The notes below the pieces were generated by a model that ran no database searches, had not been told where the DNA came from, and was given only the letters and a program-made list of their open reading frames with translations. This document shows, piece after piece, positions 21,453 through 49,762 of a stretch of 64,000 nucleotides of DNA. The position numbers and the translations under genes are program-made. Source of the stretch: the human T2T-CHM13v2.0 reference genome, Homo sapiens; assembly GCF_009914755.1 (NCBI RefSeq), contig NC_060945.1; one strand, given 5' to 3'. How positions within the stretch are numbered: the stretch's first letter is position 1; each line of letters begins with the position of its first letter.

Positions 21453-22308
21453 CCCTTCAATTCTATGAAGACTTAGAGAGGTGAGGCAGCTGCAGAAGAA
21501 GAGTCTGAAGCTAGAAGAGCTTGTTTCTTGAAGTTTAAGGAAAAAAGTCTTCTTCATAACATAAAAGCGCAAGATAAAGCAGCAAGTACTGATGGAAAAG
21601 CTGCAGAAAGCTATCTGGAAGATAATTGATTAAGATGGCTACACTAAACAGATTTGCAATGAAGACAAAACAGCATTCTACTAGAAGGAGATGCCATCCA
21701 GGATGTTCCCAGCTAGAGAGGAGTTGATGCCTGGATTTAAGGCTTCAAAGGACATGCTGACTCTTTTGTTAAGGCCTAATGCAGTTGGTGATGTTAACAT
21801 GAAACCAATGATGATTTACTATTCTGAAAATCCAAGGGCCCTGAAGAATTATGATAAAACACAGCTCTGCCTGTACTCTACAAATGGGAACAAAGCCTGG
21901 ATGACAGACTATCGGTTTACAAATACGGTTTACTGAATATCTTAAGCCCACTGTCGACAACTACCGCTCAAGAAATAAGATTCCTTTCAAAGTATTACCA
22001 CTCACTGACAATGCCGCTGGTACTCAAGGGCTTTTACAGAGATGTATAAAGAGCTGAATATTGTTTTCATGCCTACTAACCCAACATTCATTCTGGTGCC
22101 CTTGGATCAAAGAATAATTTCAACTTTCAAGTCTTATCACTTAAAAAATATATTTCATAAAGCTATAGCTTCTCTAGCAAGTGATTCCTTTGATGGATCT
22201 GGGCAAAATAATTGAAAACCTACTGGAAAGGATTCACCATTCTAGACGCCATTGAGAACATTCATGATTTAAAAAAGAAGATCAAAATAGCAACATTAGG
22301 AGAAGTTG

Positions 22309-22650
<342 letters not shown>

Positions 22651-23178
22651 TCACCACTTCTGTGGAGGAAGTAACTGCAGATATGGTGGAAATAACAAGA
22701 GCACTAGAATCAGAGACAGAGCCTGAAGATCTGGCGAGACTGCAGCATCCTCTGGAGAAAACGTGAGAGGATGAGTTGCTCCCACGGATGAGCAAAGAAA
22801 GTGGTTTCTTGAGATGAAATCTACTAGTGGTGAAGACAGTGTAAACAATGTTGAGATGACAACAGATTTAGAATAAACTTGGTACAGCAGAAGGAAGGCT
22901 TGACAGGATTGAACCCAATGATTTACAATAATACATAAACTTAGTTGGTACTGCAGTACGAAGGTTTGACAGCATTGAATCCAATTTTGAAAGTTCTACT
23001 GTGGGTAAAAAGCTATCATCGTATGCTACAGATAATTCTTTTGTGAAAGGGAGAGTCAATTGACACAGCAAACTTCAATGTTGTCTTTTTTTAAGAAATT
23101 GCGACAGCCACCCCAGCGCTCAGCAACCACCACCTTACATTAAGGTAAGACCCTCCATCAGCAAGAAGACTGAAACTT

Positions 23179-23443
23179 GGCCAGGTGCAGTGGCTCACAC
23201 CTGTCATCCCAACACCTTGGGAGGCCAAGGTGGGTGGATTGCTTGAGCCCAGGACATCAAGGCAACATGGCAAAACCACATCTCTACAAAAAAAAATACA
23301 AAAATTAGCTGGACACGGTGGCATGCACCTGTAGTCCCAGCTAGTCAGGAGTCTGAGGTGGGGGTTTGATTGAGCATGAGGTTGAGGCTGCAATTACTCC
23401 AGCCTGAGCCACAGAGTAAAACCCTGTCACACACACAAAAAAA
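23179..23443 (+). mobile_element. Alu (J-like)
   Basis: 'gcttgagcccagga' diagnostic motif; dimer structure. Confidence 0.85.
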
Positions 23444-23713
23444 GATTGCAGCTTTCTGAAGGCTCAGATGACTGTTAGCACTTGTTAACAATAAAGTATT
23501 TGTAAATTAAAGTGTGCATACTTTGTAGACATATGCTATTGCACACTTTATACAGCACAGTATAAACATACTTTTACATGCACTAGGAAACCAAAAGAAA
23601 TTGTATAAAACTTTATTGCAGTGGTCTGGAACCAAACCCACATATATCTCTGATGCATGGCCGTCCTGTATTGTACACTTAAAAAAGTACTTAAGAGGGT
23701 ATATTTTATGTGA

Positions 23714-24019
<306 letters not shown>

Positions 24020-24145
24020 CTCATTTTTTAAAAAGGGTGAGAATGAGAAATATATGGGGAGTGATGGTCAAGTTTACGGCATTATTTGTTGTGATGAGTC
24101 CTGGGGCGAATACTTATCTCTATACTCATTAAGATGTATATATTC

Positions 24146-25102
<957 letters not shown>

Positions 25103-25252
25103 AATTTTTAAATACATATAATTAAAAATTAATAAAAAACAGGTATTTGCAAGTTTCTGTTTTGTTATATGCTTATTATTCTTTATCTTTATGTCAGGTT
25201 GCTGTGTCAATACACTTAGGAGATCATAGTTTCTAAATTGAAATACAAATAA

Positions 25253-25594
<342 letters not shown>

Positions 25595-25649
25595 TAAAAT
25601 TTACATTTCTGAGTTAAGAATGCTTAAAATATTATAAAAACAGAAGCAC

Positions 25650-28530
<2,881 letters not shown>

Positions 28531-28534
28531 ATAC

Positions 28535-28747
28535 CAGTTGAGTGTCCCTTATTTGAAATGCTTGGGATGTGTTTCAGATTTTGTAATATTTGCACTATTC
28601 TTACTGGTTGAGCATCTCGAATTCAAACACCTGAGTCTGAGATGCTCCAATAAGCATTTCCTTTGAGTGTCATGTTGGCACTCAAAAAGTTTCAGACTTT
28701 GGAGCATTTGGGATTTCAGATTTTTGGATCGGAGACATTCAATCTAT
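28535..28747. mobile_element. Tigger4/MER46-type MITE
   Basis: 'gttgagtgtcccttatttgaaatgcttggga...gctccaataagcatttcctttgagtgtcatgttggcactcaaaaagtttcag'. Confidence 0.8.
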
Positions 28748-29839
28748 AGTTGCTCATCATGTATCTCATAAGAAGTGAACATACAGAATACGTAAAGAAC
28801 TCCTACAGAGAGACTACCAGAAGCAGAGAGGAGCAAACACATTTTCACACTAGGGCACCTCCTATCTCTCCTGGATTCCAATTAGGGCAGAGTAAGTGCT
28901 AGTTCTCTGCCAACCTAGGATTAGGCCCTGCAGCTGCAGTGAAAATAATCACAGAAGAAAACTAAGAAATAAAAAATGGAGAAAGTGAGACATCAAACTA
29001 GAATTACTAGAATCCCCTAGGAAGAAGGAAAAAAAAAACAAAACAGAAAAACAATCAAACCAGATAATTAAACCTTGGTGTGACCAGAAGATCAGGGTTT
29101 CCTAAAGGAGTGGAAATTTATTGACTTGAAGACGATTTATTGATTACTGATTTGAAGAGGAAGAAAAACCATGAATGGTCTAAAGCAAAAGCCTAGTGTC
29201 TGAAGAAGTCAGTAGGGTGAAAACAAGAGCTGGCCAGAATGTCCACAGATGGTGACAAGTTTGCAAAGCCTTTACTAGACTACTTGTGAGGCTAACTAGA
29301 GGCCAAGGAGCCAACACTGCCCTTGTCCTTACAGAGAGACCCTACACAGGATTCCCAGATATACATGGAAGGACAACATCTTATCAGGTCCTCTCTGTGC
29401 AGATGTGGTTATCATTCCAAATAATGAGCTCCAGCCCCAAGACTGTTCCATCCTCAATTGCTTTGAGTGGGCAATGTAGGCTTTCCACACACGAGCTACA
29501 TGTAGGTTCCTTGGGTACCCAGATGGGAGCCGTGAAACACAAACCTTCCATGGTCAGGTCCGTATCTGTTTCCTGCCTTTTCCCCAGCAATCCCCAGGCC
29601 TCAGCAGCAGTGGTCTACCTCTGCTGATTCTCATTCAGAATCTGAACTTAGAAACAATTAGAACCTAGACCCCAATTCTACCTGAAAGTAACAGAATAAC
29701 ATAATCTATACCCTGCAGCATGACTGTTTACCCAACGTAATGAGGATGAACTGAGAGATAATGAATGACCATGACCCTGGCCCAAGTAACAAGAATGAAC
29801 TGTGAGATAAATGAATGATCATGACCAAAAAACCCCACT

Positions 29840-31368
<1,529 letters not shown>

Positions 31369-32199
31369 ATAGAAAATAAGTAGAAAAATGGCAGACCTAA
31401 ATCCAACCTTAGCAATGATTAGTTACAATGTAACTGGACAAATACTCTACTTAAGACAGAGACTGCCAGACCTGAGAGGAAAGCAAGACCCAACAATATG
31501 GCATCCACAGAGACACAATTTAAACACAAAGACACAAACAAAGTATGAGAAAAAATATGCTATGCAGACACTAATCTTAAAAATATGCTATCCAGACACT
31601 AATCATAAAAAGCTTCAACAGAGATGTTAACACTAGATGAAAGAGGCTTCAGAGCAAAATATATCACCAGAAATAAACAGGGTAATTTAATAAAAATAAA
31701 ATAATCAGAGAGGATGATGTTACAATTATAAATTGTGCCTCAAAGTGCACACAAATTACACACACACACAGAGCCTCAAAGTATGTGAATCAAAAACAAC
31801 AGACAAAAGCAGGAAATTGACAATCCAAAATTATAGCTGGTGAATTAATAGTGCTCTCTCAGTAACTGATGGAAGAACCAGATAAAAATATAGGAAAAAT
31901 ATGGATCTAAATGACAAAATCCTGACCCAAATGGTACTTGGCAGTACCAAGATAAACTGTATGTCGATCGATTGAGAAAAGGTTCAAGCCTGAAATAGTA
32001 TACAAAAGATGTTGTCTGAACACTCGAAATTAAATTAGAAACCAACAACAAATTGATATCCAGAAAAGCCTCAAATGTCTGAAAACCAAGTAATAAACTT
32101 TGAAATACCCTGTGAGTCAAAAAGTATTCAAAAGGGGAACTGGAATGTATTTGGAACAAACTTGTTATAAAAATGTCATTTCTGGTAGACTAAAGGTGA

Positions 32200-34245
32200 C
32201 AACTTCTTTCCTGCTCCTCTCTCTGTGAGGACCAATTCCCCTTAAACCTTGACCAGACTACTGACTTATTTGGCCAACAGAAGGTGACAAAGGTGGTATT
32301 TGGGGACTTCAGAAGCCAGGCTGAGAAAACAGAACACTTATCCAGGAGAAAGCCAGTCACCAGGCAGGAAATCCCACTACCCTGAGACATGATGGAAACC
32401 ACACTGCCAGTCCATGACTAGCTACATGCATTGACATCCCCCACTGAGCCTCCAGCAACACCGATTTCCAACAACTAGTGAGCCTCCAGCAACATCCACT
32501 CCCAACCACTAGTGAGCCACCCTGCACACCACCCCACTGTGCTTTCACACAATCCAGCTTGGCTGCAACTGTGTGTGAGATGAGCTGACCACCAAGACTC
32601 TCAAAGCCAAAAAACAAGTAATAATGAGTTGTTTTAAGCTGCCAAGTTTTGGGGATGGTTTCTTCAGAATAGAAAACTGGAACAGAATATGACCGCTGGA
32701 AATGAGCTGCTGTGGTAATCAGAAGCTACAATATGTGACACGACTGTGAGGCTGACCTGTAACTGGGCCTCAAGGAGACCATTCATGCAACCTGGAAGAG
32801 CATCAAGACTCTTGGTCAGGGCCTGAAGGATGGTGAGAAAATGTCATTGGAAACTGGAGAAAAGGCCTGAGAGTTACGTGCTGAGGGACTGTGGGAAAAC
32901 TACGGCCACAACATGGAAACTGAAAGGGCACTGCACCATCTCAGGGATCTGCCTAAGGAGACATCTGGGAAGAACATGGAAAGTGCTACCAGCCTCCCCT
33001 AACTGTCACTGAATAAATATGACAGGAGAGGGACATGATCTAAACAAGGAGGTTCAGTTTTCAAACAGAATTTAGAGAAAATATAAAGAAATAATTTCTT
33101 GTCTCAAAAGGCCAAAGTAGAAAAAAGAAAGAAAAGAAAAGGAAAAAAAATGAAAAAGAAGCCATTGAATACCCTATTGACCATAAGAAAAAGGCAGGGA
33201 AACTTGGTCAAAGGCAACCCAGGCACTGAAGGAAAAAGGACACAAACACCATTCTCAGGGACCAGGACTGGGCGCCGTTCTCAGGGACCAGGACTGGGCA
33301 CTAATCACAGAACTGTAACAGGCACCCCATGGGAATGACCAACTGTTAGACGGGGCCTGCAGGGCAGCACTTCCTTCTTGCCTCCCACCAACAGCTTCTA
33401 AAGGGAAATGCCGACTGTTTTCACACCAGTCCCCTCACTGCGGCTGAGTTTGTGGGCTCAGATGATAGGTCACCACAACCTGATTCAGTCCCCACTGTGG
33501 CTGTGTGTGGGGGGTCAGATGACAGGCCACCACAATCTGATTCAGTCCACACTGTTGCTGTGTCGGGGGGAGGGGCAGATGACAGGTCACCACAACCTGA
33601 TTCAGTCCTCACTGCAGCTGTGTGTGTGTTGGTGCAGATGACAGGCCACCACAACCTGATTCAGGATTCAGTTGGGCTACCAGCCAGTGCCATAAGGAAA
33701 ACCATTCTGGGGCTCTTGAGAGGGGCAAAGCATAATTTGCATGTAGCAGAAATGTTAATAGTTTGCGACCAGAGGACAAGCTGTGGTTTATTAAAGACTG
33801 CTGCAGGTTCCTACTATGCTTCTCATCAAGAGGTGGAATCTAATCACCTTCCGCCCTTGAATCATGGCTGGCCTCAGTGATGAGTGCGACTGGGCAGTGT
33901 GGCAGGAGAGATGCTCTGGGACTTCTGAGGGGCGATCATGAGAGGCCTTACAGATTCTGCCTGGGCCTCTGGGACACACACCCTGGGAGAAACCAGACAA
34001 ACCTGACTACCTGACGCTGCCAGACTGGGAGGAAGTCCGTGCTGGCCACGAAGAGAGGGCTGGGTGCCTGTTCCATGTCCCCAGCCACTAGAGTCCTTCC
34101 AGATGAGACCAAGGACATCATGAAGCAACCAACCCACACCGCCCTGTCCAGTGTCTTGACCCAGAAAATTGTGACATGTAAAAAAATAAATTCCTGGTTT
34201 AAGCCAGTAAGGTTACTGGTACATTGTTACATCTCAGATAATTAA
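32200..34245 (+). mobile_element. MLT1 (MaLR) remnant: LTR-like 32200-32690, internal region, LTR-like 33740-34245
   Basis: Two MLT1-type ends ('gttgttttaagctgccaagttttgggg', 'ggttttaagccagtaagg...cagataatt'). Confidence 0.55.
33445..33665 (+). repeat. 58-59-bp tandem repeat x4
   Basis: cagatga(c/t)agg(t/c)caccacaa(c/t)ctgattcag at ~33459, 33517, 33576, 33635. Confidence 0.9.
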
Positions 34246-34971
34246 AACCTTGAAAAACTCATGAGAGATCACAAGTAGAACCTTGATCTGAAACGGCATG
34301 TAGCGATTTATATTGAGTATTAGGTTAAAAATGCAAGAATGGAGCATAGTTAATATTTTACGTTAAAGCTAAAACTATAATTGCCTACTTAAAATTTTCA
34401 GTTAATTAGGTTGTCACTTTTTGTTCTTAACCAAGAAATCAACTAGTTTTAGTCCATAAACAGTTAGAACTGATGCACACATCCGTTTCTCCTTACTCAT
34501 TTTAAACAGCTATCTGAAATAGGAAGCGTAATATAATCTTTAAAGAATCTGAAAACATGACAGAAATGTTTAAACTATAAACATATATTGTATATGTTAG
34601 CATATTGTATACATTGCATATTAACATAAGCTAGAATCATTGACATAAATTTATATAAACGAAAGGTGTAACATATGACAATGTTCTTCTTGATTTTTGT
34701 CTTTGCATATTTCTTTATTGGCCCTTGTCAAATGTGACCCACTAACTCCTGAATACTTTCTCCCTCCCCATTGATTCCTAAGGATGTCACCACAGTGTTG
34801 GCCAGATGCACAGGTCACAGGGGACTGAATCTCATCACCCCACAAACATACCATTCAGGTTTTGCCAAGAATGACACTGTAAATGTAACAAAGCTTCCGT
34901 GCTTGTTAGTGAACACCAACTCAGCTCCTCTCCTGTATTCAGAAATCAGGATGAGATGAAAACAACAAGCA

Positions 34972-35281
<310 letters not shown>

Positions 35282-36293
35282 ACAAGGAAACAAAAGTAAC
35301 AAGGCTTGACACCAGATGAGCCTGAATCTAAGCAAGAAAAGCCCAGAAGAAATCCCATTTTGGGTCACTGGCTGCATGGTAGTAATACCATACACATAAG
35401 GGAAGAGAAGAGGATGTGGCTTTCAGTTTGAATTTTTTGAGCTTAAGGTAAATTTTGTGTAGCTACAAAGAAGCATTCAACAGAGAGTTAAACCTATGAT
35501 GGAAAGACTGAAGGGGTCCAAGCTGTAGAGAAACAGGACTGCAAACCACAAAGGGCTGAATCAGTCAAGGAGAACTGCAGGGCGGGATGAACAGGGACTA
35601 ATGGAACATTTGGATAAGCTGTTGAGAAGAAAGGAGAATTCAGAGAAAAAGAACTGTCAGTGAGGTCATAATAGAAACTGTTACAGTGAACTAAATATGG
35701 CCTGGGAAGGACTCTGTACTTCTAGATTTGAGTCCCTGTGGACAAACTGCAACCTAAATTAATAGGTAGAAAGACTGAAAACCTAACTTAGGAGTATGCG
35801 CCTGTAACTATAGCTGAGTCCTGGCCAATCCCAACTGCCAAACTTCTGCCACTCACACACTGCTGAGTGTTCAGCTGTGTTCAGATAAGGCAAATGCTGA
35901 GCACTGGAACCAGTCCAGTTGTTTCTGGACCTCACTGCTGAGAACTGTAAGGGACCCAGTTGCTTCTGGACCTCACTTCTCACTTCAGATTTCTGTACAT
36001 CACGTTCCCTTTATTGTCTATAAATCTTCCACCATGTAGCTGTGCTGGAGTCTCACCAAATCTGCTGTGATTCTGGGGGCTGCCTGATTCGTGAATCATT
36101 CATTGCTCAATTAAGTTCCTTTAAATTTAATTCAGCTGAAGATTTTCTTTTAATAGATGGTGTCAGAAGTGGGATCTGTGGGAGCAGGACTGCTAGGGCC
36201 TCCGGAGCTATAGTGTGGTGAGCAGTGTTGCTAGGGCTTCTAATGACCCCCAGGAGTGCTGAGGTACAAGAAAGGCACCTGCAAGGACTGCTC

Positions 36294-37556
36294 TGTGATG
36301 GCAGCAGTGGTCCACGTGGAGCAGTTGCTACGGAGACACTGGCTGCAGTGGGGAGGAGTGGCTGGGGCTGTGCGCTCCTCGAAGCTGGTGGGAGCCAGGA
36401 ACGGGTGGGAGCCCCACCCCTTCTAAATTGGCAAGCAGGAGCCCCGCCCTCCCAGGCACAGCTGCAGCCATCCAGCCATGACTGCAAACCCGGGCATCTT
36501 TGCACTCTTAGAGGCCCAGCAAGCCCCCTGCCCCCACAGGCTCAGTCGTACCTGGTCCCACCATCTGGCATCTCTCCACTCCCAGAGCCCACTCCAACTT
36601 CGGATCCAAGTTGAGGCTGAACCCAGGCACAGTCGCAACCCGGCCCGGTTTGTGCAAGCTCAGGGCAGTGCTGACATGCCAGCCTCCTGCCACCTCAGCC
36701 CCCTCCAGACTTTGGGCAGTGACGAGCACAAGAGGGAGGTTGAGGTGGGTCTAAGAGTGGCTCAGCACTGGCCTGAAGGCACTCCTCAGCTCGAACAGCC
36801 TCAGCAATGTGGGAACAGCTAACCACAGTGCGTCTCTCTCAGCTGCTGAGAGCTGAACAGATTTTGGGATGACCTGCCTGCAGAAAGGAGTTACCCACTG
36901 CAGTTCTCCTCTGAGCTCTACTGTTGCTCAATAAAGCACCTCTTCACCTTGCTCACCTTCTACTTGCCCACATACCTCATTCTTCCTGGACTCAGGACAA
37001 GAACTCGGGACCTGCCAACTAGCAGGGCTGAAAGAGGTGTAACATAAACAGGGCTGAAACGCACCCCTTGCTTACCAAATTGCAGGCAAGAAGAAGAGAA
37101 GAGAGAAGGAGACAAGAGCTGTGGCCCTTCAGGGAGCCCAGACCTAGGAGCTCCCCAAGCCAGGGCTGTGATGCCTTCTTTGGGGCTCTGCAGTTCCTGC
37201 ATCTCCAAGTTTCCAGGCACCACTGCATTCCCTGATACACACAGTGGAAGCTGTTTGCAGTCGGTCTGGTCCAGCTGCAGCCTCACAGGGAGCTGGCACC
37301 TGTGCCGGTACCTGGAGCTGCCCACCCCACTGCAGCTGGCATGCTTGGCTGTGTGCAGTGGTCAGATCCCATGCTTGCTTGCTCACACACCATTCACTGC
37401 TCTGTACCCAGCTCATCCTTGGCAGGTGTGGGATCCACACCACTAGCATGAGCCGAGTGGACAGAACGAACCCAGTGGGCCCGAGCAAAACACAGGTAAA
37501 GGCACCACCAGCCAGAGGTTTCAGGCAGAAAAGTGACGTCTCAGGATTCTGTAACA
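36294..37556 (+). mobile_element. MER52-type solo LTR nested in the provirus
   Basis: Starts 'tgatggcagcagtggtcc', GC-rich body, AATAAA at ~36930, ends 'gaggtttc...ggattctgtaaca'. Confidence 0.75.
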
Positions 37557-38491
37557 CTTGTGCACTTTGACCTCTCAGAGCAGCTGGGGATCATGGTAAA
37601 TTCTCTCTCGGATTTCATAGCTCCATGGATTTGTGTTTTGAGCTCTGAGTTTCTTTGAGCAATTTTCTGTTCCAAACTGCTATCCAGCCATGACTGACTG
37701 GATGTTTTAGAACATCCAGAAACGGGACAGTGTCCAGGATCAGATTTGATCCAGTAGTTAACTGTCTTGAATCCAGTTCCAGTTAGAGACCTCCTACATC
37801 TGAATGGGTCAGAAGGAAAGTGGTAGTAAATGATAATTTTGGAGGGTTGTAAAATTTGGCTTTTGAAAATTCACAGGGATTTTTGTGTTCTACCCCTTTG
37901 TTTCATTTTCCTCGCACGCTTAGGTAGGAAAAAAAATCATTGGCTAAGTCAATCAAGGGAACCTGGGAGTAAAGACAATATATTAGGTAACAATAGGATC
38001 ATTAATTTCTGGAAAACTTAGTTCCTTCTGGCTAATTCATTAGGCCTGGGAAGCAGCAAAGTCTTACAGAAATGGCAAAATCTTACTAAAGATAACTTAC
38101 AGTGGAACATTCCAAATGAATAATGCCCTGAAGTGCATTTAAAAATGAGGGCTCCCAAATTAGTCTCGTCTAGGGATGCCTATTAATATGCAGAAGCTTC
38201 TAAAAAGATTTAGAGGTGGCACGGCCTATCTGAGAGCAAGTTTGGGTCTTACCAGTTTGACACTGGGTGCTAAGCAAAGTGGCACGTGTCTATGTTTTGT
38301 CACATGTATTTTGCTCTGAGCAGAATGAAAAATGTTAATTTGGTTACTCCAAGCAACCCCTTGGGCAGCATCTTACAAAGCTGAGTGGATTCTTCTTGTG
38401 GCTCCATGATTATCATTGTGATGCAGTTTGGCCCCAGAGCTATAATATGGTGAGGAGGGTGACAGAGCAAGACGTTATCTTTAAAAAAAAT

Positions 38492-38787
38492 GGCCAGGGA
38501 CAGTGGCTCACACCTGTAATCCCAACACTTGGGGAGGCCGAGACAGGTGGATCACCTGAGGTCAGGAGTTCAGGGCCAGCCTGACCAACAAGGAAAAACC
38601 CCGTCTCTACTAAAAACACAAAATTAGCTGGGCATGGTGTGACATGTCTCTAATCCCAGCTACTCAGGAGGCTGGGGCGGGAGAATTGCTTGAACCTGGG
38701 AGGCAGGGGGTTGCAGTAAACCGAGATTGCATCATTGCACACCAGCCTGGGCAACAAGAGGGAAAATCCACCTCAAAAAAAGGAAAG
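38492..38787 (+). mobile_element. Alu (S family)
   Basis: Alu consensus. Confidence 0.9.
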
Positions 38788-38882
38788 AATAATAGATTTG
38801 CCTATAAGGTTTTATGAAAAAGTGGGTGACATTTGGCTTTCTCTCTTTAAAGAAGATTTTCAGAAAATATTAAAAAATAATG

Positions 38883-45044
<6,162 letters not shown>

Positions 45045-45469
45045 AAAATAATGAAAAATTTGTTTGCCTTGTAAATAAATTACCAAAAAAAAAAGGAAAA
45101 ACAAGAGGCAGATTATTTGTGGAGATAAGTCTTCCCCCTATCAATGAGTAAAGATTTTTGCCCTTTAAAAATTTTTTAAGTCATGATTTTAGGTAAATGA
45201 ATGACTTACGTTGACGTGGAATTCTATTTCATAACATCAAGTGTTTAAACCTTTAATATATTTAATAGGCTTCCCAAAATCAAATTGCATCTTCAAAATT
45301 TTATGTTCTGACCTCTAACTTTGGGATACTACAGAGGCCCCTGAAGCACCCAAAAGAGAGGTAAACAGGACTATTTAACATGTTAAGTCACATGGCTAGC
45401 ACTGTCAAAATAAAAAATAATGTTGAACCTTCTTTAGGTTATATTCAGTGTGTCATCAATCCATTCTAA

Positions 45470-46388
<919 letters not shown>

Positions 46389-47699
46389 TCCCAAAAATTT
46401 AATAAAAAGACCAACTGGTTTATAAAACTGCTAACCTAAGTAAAACAAAAATTGTATACCAAGGAAATATTTTGCCACATTTGCATGCTAAATCACCAAT
46501 ATTGAAATTGATTAGATATATAATTTAAATAATCTCCATGGTCTAAGTCAAATCACCTATAACTACTCATCAGTTACCAGTGCCATGCACCTAATTTGGA
46601 GAAACAGCTGGTATTCAAGAGGATGTAAGTCTAATGTTAATTAAGCACAGACTTATGAAGAACCAGGATGGCCACCTTATCCTTCTTAAGTCCTTAAAAC
46701 TTTTGTTATTAAAAGTTCTGCATTCCATAACTCATCATGGAAAGAGAAAATGATCCAAATTAAATATATTGGTGTGGTGATTTCTAAACTGCTAAAATAG
46801 TTTATAACCAATGTTTGGTTTGTCAATACTATATTTCTAGGAAAACAATCAAAACTTCAGGTACATTTGGTTACCTGATGGGCCATTTAAACATTTTATA
46901 AAGGGATTTCATTCAGTTTTCATTTTCAGTGCATGTTTTCTGATTGTATAAAAACTTCCATGCGAGAGAATTGATGTTAAAACAGTAGATAATTACCCTG
47001 AAGTGTATTTTCACCAGGTAAAGAAAGCCTTTTATGGTTCACTGAGGACAGTCAAACCCTTCAAAATCTAGAATCTGATGACTGGATCTTCTGAGAACAT
47101 CAGAGAAGGACTGCCCTTGCCATCCACATGACAGCAAAAATTTAAAACCTTAAACTTTGGGTTCATAGTCTCACAACTCAGAAGGGTCCCTCCACACTCG
47201 GAACCATATGCCCATTGGAACCCTTAAGGTAAAGCTAACAAGGACAGTTCCCCCCAGAAGAAGATGGCATCCTTAATGTGAACAGCTTTTCCCAAGATCA
47301 CAGATCAAGACTTCTCTACTATCATGAGACACTTATCTTAAGTATCTGTGCAGCTGCTAACACTTACAGCATGTGGAGAAAACATGGTGTATTATAAAGA
47401 TTTGGTTGTAGGGAATTAACAAAAAAACCCACTTAGTTAAGCAAGTAAACTCTTTATCTAATTCATTCTTTAATCTATTTGATTTTAGGTGGTTTGATTT
47501 ATGGGGACCCTGAGTTAGGAGCATATACCAAATTCTTGGTGTTATCCCAAGAGTCATAAGAGTCTCCCTGGTGCACTGTACTTACTCAAATGTTTTAAGA
47601 GTTTGCATGCAGGCATCTCTAAAATATCAAATGGTATCTCTTCAACTGGAATGACAAGAGATTAAAAAAAAGTGCAACCATAAGGACACCGTAACCTAT

Positions 47700-48595
47700 G
47701 AGTGACATGCTAAACCGGAAACCCAAAACAATGGGGGTGACATGCTAAACCAGAAACCCAAAACAATGGGAGCGATGTACTAAAACTGGAACCCAAAACA
47801 ATGGGAGTGATGTGCACTAAAACCAGAACCCAAAACAATGGGAGTGACGTGCTAAACCAGAAACCCAAAACAATGGGAGTGACTTGCTAAAACTGGAACC
47901 CAAAACAATGGGAGTGACGTGCCAAAAGCGGAAACGAAAACAAGGGGAGTGATGTGCTTAAACCAGAACCCAAAACAATGGGAGTGACCTGCGAAACCAG
48001 AAACCCAAAACAATGGGAGTGACGTGCTAAACCAGAAACCCAAAACAATGAGAGTGATATACTAAAACTGGAACCCAGAACAATGGGGGTGACGAACACT
48101 AAAATCAGAATCCAAAACAATGGGAGTGACTTGCTAAAACTGGAACCCAAAACAATGGGAGTGATGTGCTAAAACCGGAAATGAAAACAATGGGAGTGAT
48201 GTGCTAAAACCGGAACCCAAAACAATGGGAGTGACCTGCTAAACCAGAAACCCCAAACAATGGGAGCATCCTGCTAAACCAGAAACCGAAAACAATTGGA
48301 GTGATCTGCTAAACCAGAAACCCAAAACAATGGGAGTGACGTGCTAAAACTGGAACCCAAAACAATGGGAGTGACGTGCTAAAACCGGAACCCAAAACAG
48401 TGGGAGTGACCTGCTAAACCAGAAACCCAAAACAATGGGAGTGACGTGCTAAAACCAGAAACCCAAAACAATGGGATCATCCTGCTAAACCAGAAACCCA
48501 AAACAATGGGAGTGACGTGCTAAAACCAGAACCCAAAACAATGGGATCATCCTGCTAAACCAGAAACCCAAAACAGTGGTAACTAAGAGTGATGC
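47700..48595 (+). repeat. 35-36-bp VNTR (~25 copies) inside the ERV internal region
   Basis: Unit AAACCAGAAACCCAAAACAATGGGAGTGACGTGCT; caaaacaatg at 47831 and 47866 (period 35). Confidence 0.95.
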
Positions 48596-48655
48596 TAAGG
48601 CCCTACATTTTGGTCACACTCTCAACTAAGTGAGAACTTGACTGAAAAGGAGGAC

Positions 48656-48947
48656 TTTTTTTTTCTAATACAGAGTCTTGGTCTGTCCCCCAGAGTGGAG
48701 TGCAGTGGCACAATCTTGGCTCACTGCAAGCTCTGCCTCCCAGGTTCAGGCCATTCTCCTACCTCAGCCTCCTGAGTAGCTGGGACTACAGGCACCCACC
48801 AACACACTTCGCTAATTTTTTGTATTTTTAGTAGAGATGGGGTTTCACCATATTAGCAAGGATGGTCTCAATCTCCTGACCTCGTGATCTGCCCACCTCA
48901 GCCTCCCAAAGTGCTGGGATTACATGTGTGAGCCACCGCGCCCAGCC
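48656..48947 (-). mobile_element. Alu (Y/Sc-like) with TSD aaaaggagga
   Basis: Reverse Alu; aaaaggagga on both sides. Confidence 0.9.
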
Positions 48948-49762
48948 AAAAGGAGGAATTTTTTTAAGCAAAATTATGGGAGGCCATTGTTTTGAACTAA
49001 ACTCATGCAATAGGTCCCAACAGACCAAACCAAACCAAAATGGAGTCACTCATGCTAAATGTAACATAATCAAACTAAGACTTTAAGGAAACACATAAAT
49101 CCTAGAACAAACTAGGTTTTGTTTTTCTCCTGTAAACAGGATGTTCCAGCATAAGAAGATACCTTCTACTCAAGTCCTTGTTCCACCTTTTCAAATCTCA
49201 CTGGTCTATTTCCCAGTGGGTTTCTAAACCAAGTAAGTACATTTGCAATGGTAATAGTCACACCAGTGACTGAAGTTTTGGCCAATCTCTCATAATTGAG
49301 AAAATAACCAAAGGGAAGGCATTGTTAAAGTGAACTAAGTATGGCCTGAGAAGGACTCCATAATTCTATATATGAGTCCTTGTGGATGAACTGTAACCTA
49401 CCTTAATAGGTATACAAGAATGAAAAACTAACTTAAGAGTATGCACCTGGAACAACAGCTACATCTTGGCCAATCCCAATGACCAAACTTCAACCACTCA
49501 GGCACTGCCAAATGTTCAAAATGTGTTCAAACAAGGCAAACACTGAGTTGTTTCGGTACCTCACTTCCGATTTCGGTATGCTATTTTCCTTTTGTCTATA
49601 AATCTTCTTCCATCACATGACTGCGCTGGAGTCTCTGTGAATCTGCTGTGATTCTGGGGACTGCATGATTCGTGAATCGTTTATTACTCTATTAAACTCC
49701 TTTAAAGTTTTTCTTTTAACAGAACTAACACAGAAGAATTTCCAGATCATGAACAGATGTTT

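Noticed and set aside
29100-29630. Possible minus-strand terminal exon with two AATAAA signals (~29116, ~29136)
   Set aside because: Could equally be an old LTR remnant; I cannot support either call from sequence alone.
47700-48595. CRISPR-like appearance of a ~36-bp repeat array
   Set aside because: Units are contiguous with no unique spacers, there are no cas genes, and the context is primate DNA.
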